Assembly (NCBI GenBank): GCA_049724395.1
Contig: JAUGWO010000125.1
Location: 1-47,978, forward strand
Source: Spongospora subterranea f. sp. subterranea
Taxonomy: Eukaryota
Reading direction: 5' to 3'
Length of the DNA: 47,978 bases
Below the pieces are notes generated by a model. The model searched no databases and had not been told where the DNA came from. It worked only from the letters and a program-made list of their open reading frames with translations. This document shows, piece by piece, positions 43,807-47,978 of the stretch. Position numbers and translations under genes: made by a program. Every line of letters begins with the position of its first letter. The first letter of the stretch is position 1.

Positions 43807-46644
43807 TTATTCACCAGGGCAAGTGGTTTCTTGAAATGGAGGTGTTGAATGAGGAGCTGGAGTGGCCATACAACGGCGAGGGCGAGGACGCGTCCTCCAT
43901 CGTCGCTTCATTGGACAAGGTCGAGTTGTATTCCAATCGATTCTCTTCACCATGACTAACTCGCCCAGTGAATATGCGGGAGCCTCAGAACGTTTGTTAT
44001 CGGCATATTTTTTCATCGAAAACACGGCCTGTTCAAGTTGTCGTCGTAAAAATAAGCGAATGCTTCGTAAATGGTTTGCCCTTTCATCAGCGGACGGATT
44101 CGCTTGTGATTGGCAGAATGATGGGACGTCGATGGTGCGGGGATGGAACCCATAGTTTGCAAAAAATGGGGAAACTTTGGTCGATGAGTGTTCGGTGTTG
44201 TTGTATTGGAATTCAGCCAGCGCCAACCAATCTTCCCAGTCGTCCTGCTGGTAGGAAGTAAACGTCCTTAAATACTGCTCTACAACTTGGTTAACCCTTT
44301 CTGTCTGTCCGTTGGTCTGCGGGTGTCTCGACGTAGATAGTTTCCGTTGAATCTGTAGCCGTTGGAGAAGGCATTTCCAAAATCCTGCAACCATCTGCGG
44401 GCCACGGTCTGATACAATATCGTCTGGGAGTCCATGAAGCCGGAACACTTGTCGTAGCATCAATTCAGCCAACTGTGGCGATGTGATTGATTCTTTACAA
44501 GCAATAAAATGCGCCATTTTCGACAAACGATCAACCACGACGAGAATTGAGTCGAAACCGTTGGATTTGGGTAGTTTGACTATGAAGTCTAATGAAATTG
44601 ATCGCCATAAATCCGTTGGAATGGGTAACGGTTTTAACAGTCCTGGTGGTGCCTTGCGCTGCAATTTGGTTCGCTGGCAACGATCACACGATTTGACGTA
44701 GCGTCGAACGAAATCATTCATTCCGGACCACCAAAAATGTCGTTGCACTGCTTGAAGCGTTTTCCGCCGACCTAAATGACCTCCCAATGGGGAGTCATGG
44801 AGCTGTGTGAGTACTTTGAGTTGCCCCGTTTCTCTAGGTACTACAAGTGCCTGTTCTTTGTACAATAACCCGTCATGAACGTGAAAGGGCTTGGTGACGT
44901 GGCGGATTTGTTGCTGAACTGCAGAATCGTGTGATTGAGATTCTCTGATAATATTATTGAGACCCTCCAGACCGGATTGAATTGCATTCAATTCTAGTGG
45001 AGCAACGCTAAGGCTGTCTTCTAGTAGTAAACAAGTTCGCTGCTGTTGCCACACGGGATCATTAGGCTGTATCTCGTACTCAGGGCGTCTCGACAAGGCG
45101 TCTGGTTGCCCAGAGAGTGAACCAGCACGATGATGTATCACATAATCATATTCCGACAATATCATAGACCAGCGTGCTTGTCGTCGGTTGAGAAGCTTCG
45201 ATGATGAGAAATAACGGAGATTATTATGGTCAGAGAGGACCTTAATCTTGTGTGGACTACCTTCTAAGTAATGTCGCCAACGGGAAATAGCCACCACGAC
45301 CGCCAGTAATTCCTTGTCGTGCGTCTCGTAGTTGATTTCTGCCGGTGTGAGTTTGCGTGAATGGAATGCAATCGGGCGTAATTTTCCATCAGTCTGAACC
45401 TGCGATAATATCATGCCGATCGCGAAGTCGGAAGCGTCGGTCTCCACTATACACGGGGCAAAAGGGATGAAATGGGCTAATATTGGTGCTTGAGAGAAGG
45501 CCCGTTTGAGTGCGTCAAAAGATGCTTGATGCTGAGGTTGCCAAGAAAACGGTACATCCTTCTTAGTCAGCTCGTATAGTGGTGCTGCATATTGGGAGTA
45601 ACCAGAGATGAAATCACGGTCAAACTTGGCGAATCCCAAAAAACATTGAATCCCCTTGACGGACGTCGGTGTTTGCCACGAGGTGATATTGGAGGTTTTC
45701 TCTGGATCCATTTCGATTCCTTGCGGGCTGATGATGTAACCCAGAAATTCTACACGTCGAACTCCAAAAGCGCATTTCTCCAGCTTGGCAAACAACTTCT
45801 TCTCACGCAAACGTTGCAAAACCACCTTTACGTGAGCTTCGTGTTTCTCTGGATCCTGCGAATAAATCAAGATATCATCCAGGTATACCACCACGAATTT
45901 TCCCAGGCAGTCCTGGAACGTCTCGTTCATGAATCTTTGAAACGAGGCTGGGGCATTCTTGAGGCCAAATGGCATAACTTGGTATTCGAAATGACCGTAC
46001 TTGCAATTAAACGCCGTTTTCCATTCATCTTCTGGTCTGATTCTCACTAGATTGTACGCGCCTCGAAGGTCAATCTTGGTGTAGCATTTGGCGCTAGCGA
46101 GTTGTTGTAAAATATCGTCGATTAGTGGTAGAGGATATGGTTCTCGCTTCGTGATTGCGTTAAGTGACCTGTAATCTACACACAATCTCAGCGAACCATC
46201 CTTCTTCTTAACAAATAGAATCGGCGCTCCGAGAGGAGATTGGGAATTCCTGATAAAACCTCGCTGCAGATTGTCTTGAAGGTAAGATTGCAGTACCGGG
46301 TCCTCTTTCGCTGAGATGGAATAGCAGGGTTTGTAAGGGAGGTTTCCGGCCTCTTCCTCGAGGTTGATGGCACAATCGACGCCAGGTCGGTGTGGTGGAA
46401 GAGACTCGGCTCCCTCTTTCGAGAAAACATCAACAAAGTCTGCATACTGGTTGGGGAGTTGGACCGAATCTTGTCGTTCTACCGTCTCGTCGAAGATTTT
46501 ACCAGGCGATCCAACTTCATCACTTTGCGTCGATTGGATAACCAAATGCGGGTTGTCCATTTCTGGCGAAGCGATGGGGTGTCGAGCAGCGATTGTGAGA
46601 TTTTTCCAGTCTATGAATGGGTTGGCCTGTCTTAAGAATGACAT
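43807..46644 (-). CDS. pol: Ty3/Gypsy (Tf2-like) Pol: protease end, RT, RNase H, integrase; 3'-truncated
   Basis: LRLCVDYR, KIDLRGAY, VMPFGLKNAP, YLDDILI, ETDASDFA, DKELLA, HHCC finger, SDRGPQ and HPQTNGQTER. Homology appears to end near 43915 (..TRPC). Confidence 0.97.
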   Translation of the reverse strand: MSFLRQANPFIDWKNLTIAARHPIASPEMDNPHLVIQSTQSDEVGSPGKIFDETVERQDSVQLPNQYADFVDVFSKEGAESLPPHRPGVDCAINLEEEAGNLPYKPCYSISAKEDPVLQSYLQDNLQRGFIRNSQSPLGAPILFVKKKDGSLRLCVDYRSLNAITKREPYPLPLIDDILQQLASAKCYTKIDLRGAYNLVRIRPEDEWKTAFNCKYGHFEYQVMPFGLKNAPASFQRFMNETFQDCLGKFVVVYLDDILIYSQDPEKHEAHVKVVLQRLREKKLFAKLEKCAFGVRRVEFLGYIISPQGIEMDPEKTSNITSWQTPTSVKGIQCFLGFAKFDRDFISGYSQYAAPLYELTKKDVPFSWQPQHQASFDALKRAFSQAPILAHFIPFAPCIVETDASDFAIGMILSQVQTDGKLRPIAFHSRKLTPAEINYETHDKELLAVVVAISRWRHYLEGSPHKIKVLSDHNNLRYFSSSKLLNRRQARWSMILSEYDYVIHHRAGSLSGQPDALSRRPEYEIQPNDPVWQQQRTCLLLEDSLSVAPLELNAIQSGLEGLNNIIRESQSHDSAVQQQIRHVTKPFHVHDGLLYKEQALVVPRETGQLKVLTQLHDSPLGGHLGRRKTLQAVQRHFWWSGMNDFVRRYVKSCDRCQRTKLQRKAPPGLLKPLPIPTDLWRSISLDFIVKLPKSNGFDSILVVVDRLSKMAHFIACKESITSPQLAELMLRQVFRLHGLPDDIVSDRGPQMVAGFWKCLLQRLQIQRKLSTSRHPQTNGQTERVNQVVEQYLRTFTSYQQDDWEDWLALAEFQYNNTEHSSTKVSPFFANYGFHPRTIDVPSFCQSQANPSADERANHLRSIRLFLRRQLEQAVFSMKKYADNKRSEAPAYSLGELVMVKRIDWNTTRPCPMKRRWRTRPRPRRCMATPAPHSTPPFQETTCPGE

Positions 46645-47978
46645 TCCAAGAACAACAGGGTGAACTGAAAAACTTGGCTTGGAACTGGATATCAGCTATG
46701 GAAAAATGGAGGAGATGTGTCTGATGGGTTACGGATCGAAGACGTCGACCGTCAATCACTGTCAGTGGAATCGGACAGCTCAATAGTTCTACCGGAATTT
46801 GATGAAATCGAGCGAACCCACGGTCAATGAACAGGGAAGTAGCTCCGGAATCGATGAACGCGACGTTGTCGATGACCGCCATCGCGGGGAGCCACGATAT
46901 GGAACACGGTGGACAGAGCATGGCGGTTATTGTATTCTCGAATACTACCGCCGAAATGCGTTGGGGAGACGAATACTGGAAAGGTCGCTGTGTATTAGTG
47001 GGTGGTCGTGGAGGGAGGTTATGGGCCGCGATTGAATGGCCAGGTTCGCCACAATAAATACATAATCCTTCGCGACGGCGTCGAGTTTTCTCCTCCACCG
47101 TCAGAGCCTCGCGGGGAGTGCTAATGGCGTTCATTGATAAGTTTGCCTCGGTTGGCGTTTCGAACGGGTTAATGGCGTCGATTACCATGGGCACCGGTCG
47201 TTGTGAGCCTGGACGGGGACGGAACAGCTTAGATGGTTGACGCGGTAAGAAAGGAGGAGGAGGACGGGAATATGATTGGGGCTGGGGTAATGGGGTCATA
47301 GTTCGTCCGGCCTGTCGTTGACCCAGGCGCTGATCAAGCCGCAAAGCGTCGGTGATTAATTGGACGAGCGATGTCGCAGTAGGTACGGTCAGCAAGAGGT
47401 CCTGTATCTCGTCGTTTAGGCCACGACGGAACACATGTTGAGCTGCCCGCTCATCCCAGCCGGCGTCGGCAACCAGTTGTTGGACATGGGAAGCGTAAGC
47501 AGCTACTGTTCGTCGCCCTTGTTTTATCATGGATAACATATCCGCCGCCGAGGTCGCCCGGTTTGGATCGTCAAAACGTTGACGAAATAGATAGAGGAAT
47601 TGTTGGAAATTGTTGAAGAGGGCTGGGTCTTGGTTCTCGAAATATGGATTGAACCATTCCCTGGCTAGTCCTGTTAGTAAACTACCGATTAGTAAGATTC
47701 TGGACGTGTCAGTAGAGTACGTAACAGGTTGCTGCTGGATCACCAGAAGGATCTGATTTATGAAACCTCTGACCGATGTCGGATCGCCATTGAATGGTTC
47801 GGGCAGATGCGCCTTCGGTTCCCTGTGATTGTACTGTGGTTGTGCGGCCCTCGGTTCTAGCGTGCGAAGTTGCTCCTGCATACTTTGAATCGTTTGTTGC
47901 AGTTGTAATATCATCTCGGTCGTGTCAGCTGTTCATCGAGTTTTACCTTTCTTTGATATACCTTCTTCATTTTAGCAG
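43915..47978 (-). mobile_element. Near-intact Ty3/Gypsy retrotransposon; 3' LTR missing, 5' end beyond window
   Basis: gag-PR-RT-RH-IN order with long open frames. Confidence 0.95.
46520..47914 (-). CDS. gag: Ty3/Gypsy Gag + aspartic protease
   Basis: PEPFNGD..RGF, LTGLAREW, IKQG, FRRGL, knuckle CIYCGEPGH (last Cys lost) and protease AFIDSGAT. A frameshift occurs near 46660. Confidence 0.95.
   Translation of the reverse strand: MILQLQQTIQSMQEQLRTLEPRAAQPQYNHREPKAHLPEPFNGDPTSVRGFINQILLVIQQQPVTYSTDTSRILLIGSLLTGLAREWFNPYFENQDPALFNNFQQFLYLFRQRFDDPNRATSAADMLSMIKQGRRTVAAYASHVQQLVADAGWDERAAQHVFRRGLNDEIQDLLLTVPTATSLVQLITDALRLDQRLGQRQAGRTMTPLPQPQSYSRPPPPFLPRQPSKLFRPRPGSQRPVPMVIDAINPFETPTEANLSMNAISTPREALTVEEKTRRRREGLCIYCGEPGHSIAAHNLPPRPPTNTQRPFQYSSPQRISAVVFENTITAMLCPPCSISWLPAMAVIDNVAFIDSGATSLFIDRGFARFHQIPVELLSCPIPLTVIDGRRLRSVTHQTHLLHFSIADIQFQAKFFSSPCCSWNVILKTGQPIHRLEKSHNRCSTPHRFARNGQPAFGYPIDAK

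Noticed and set aside
46640..46680. Programmed gag-pol frameshift
   Set aside because: The shift falls inside the protease domain, which seems to lack residues before VVLGM. A small deletion or sequence error is more likely.

Overview
Eukaryotic, repeat-rich, mostly degenerate DNA. A decayed 18S rRNA fragment (V4 region) resembles plasmodiophorid (Phytomyxea, Spongospora/Polymyxa/Plasmodiophora-like) sequences, and short GT-AG introns fit that; the host assignment is an inference from recalled sequences. Bases 1-6572 are an inverted copy of about 9481-16170, each arm ending in a 52-bp G-rich minisatellite. The left arm and the central spacer look corrupted, so part of this is probably an assembly or polishing artefact. 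The most notable content is a locally amplified family of ~230-aa multi-pass membrane proteins that align with PaxB/Pyr4-type terpene cyclases but carry Asn at both canonical catalytic acidic positions. There are at least 4 sequence variants plus a 5' stub, each with the same 5' flank and a 3' Gypsy integrase scar. Other content: a membrane-anchored alginate-lyase-domain gene with a Ser/Thr stalk, a small single-TM gene, an orphan adenylate-kinase exon, a near-intact Ty3/Gypsy, and degenerate Copia, Gypsy, LINE, PIF/Harbinger, IS3EU-like and intron-containing tyrosine-recombinase (Crypton-like) elements. There is also a MITE and several diverged inverted-repeat pairs. All family calls come from manual motif recognition; no searches were run, and remnant boundaries are approximate.
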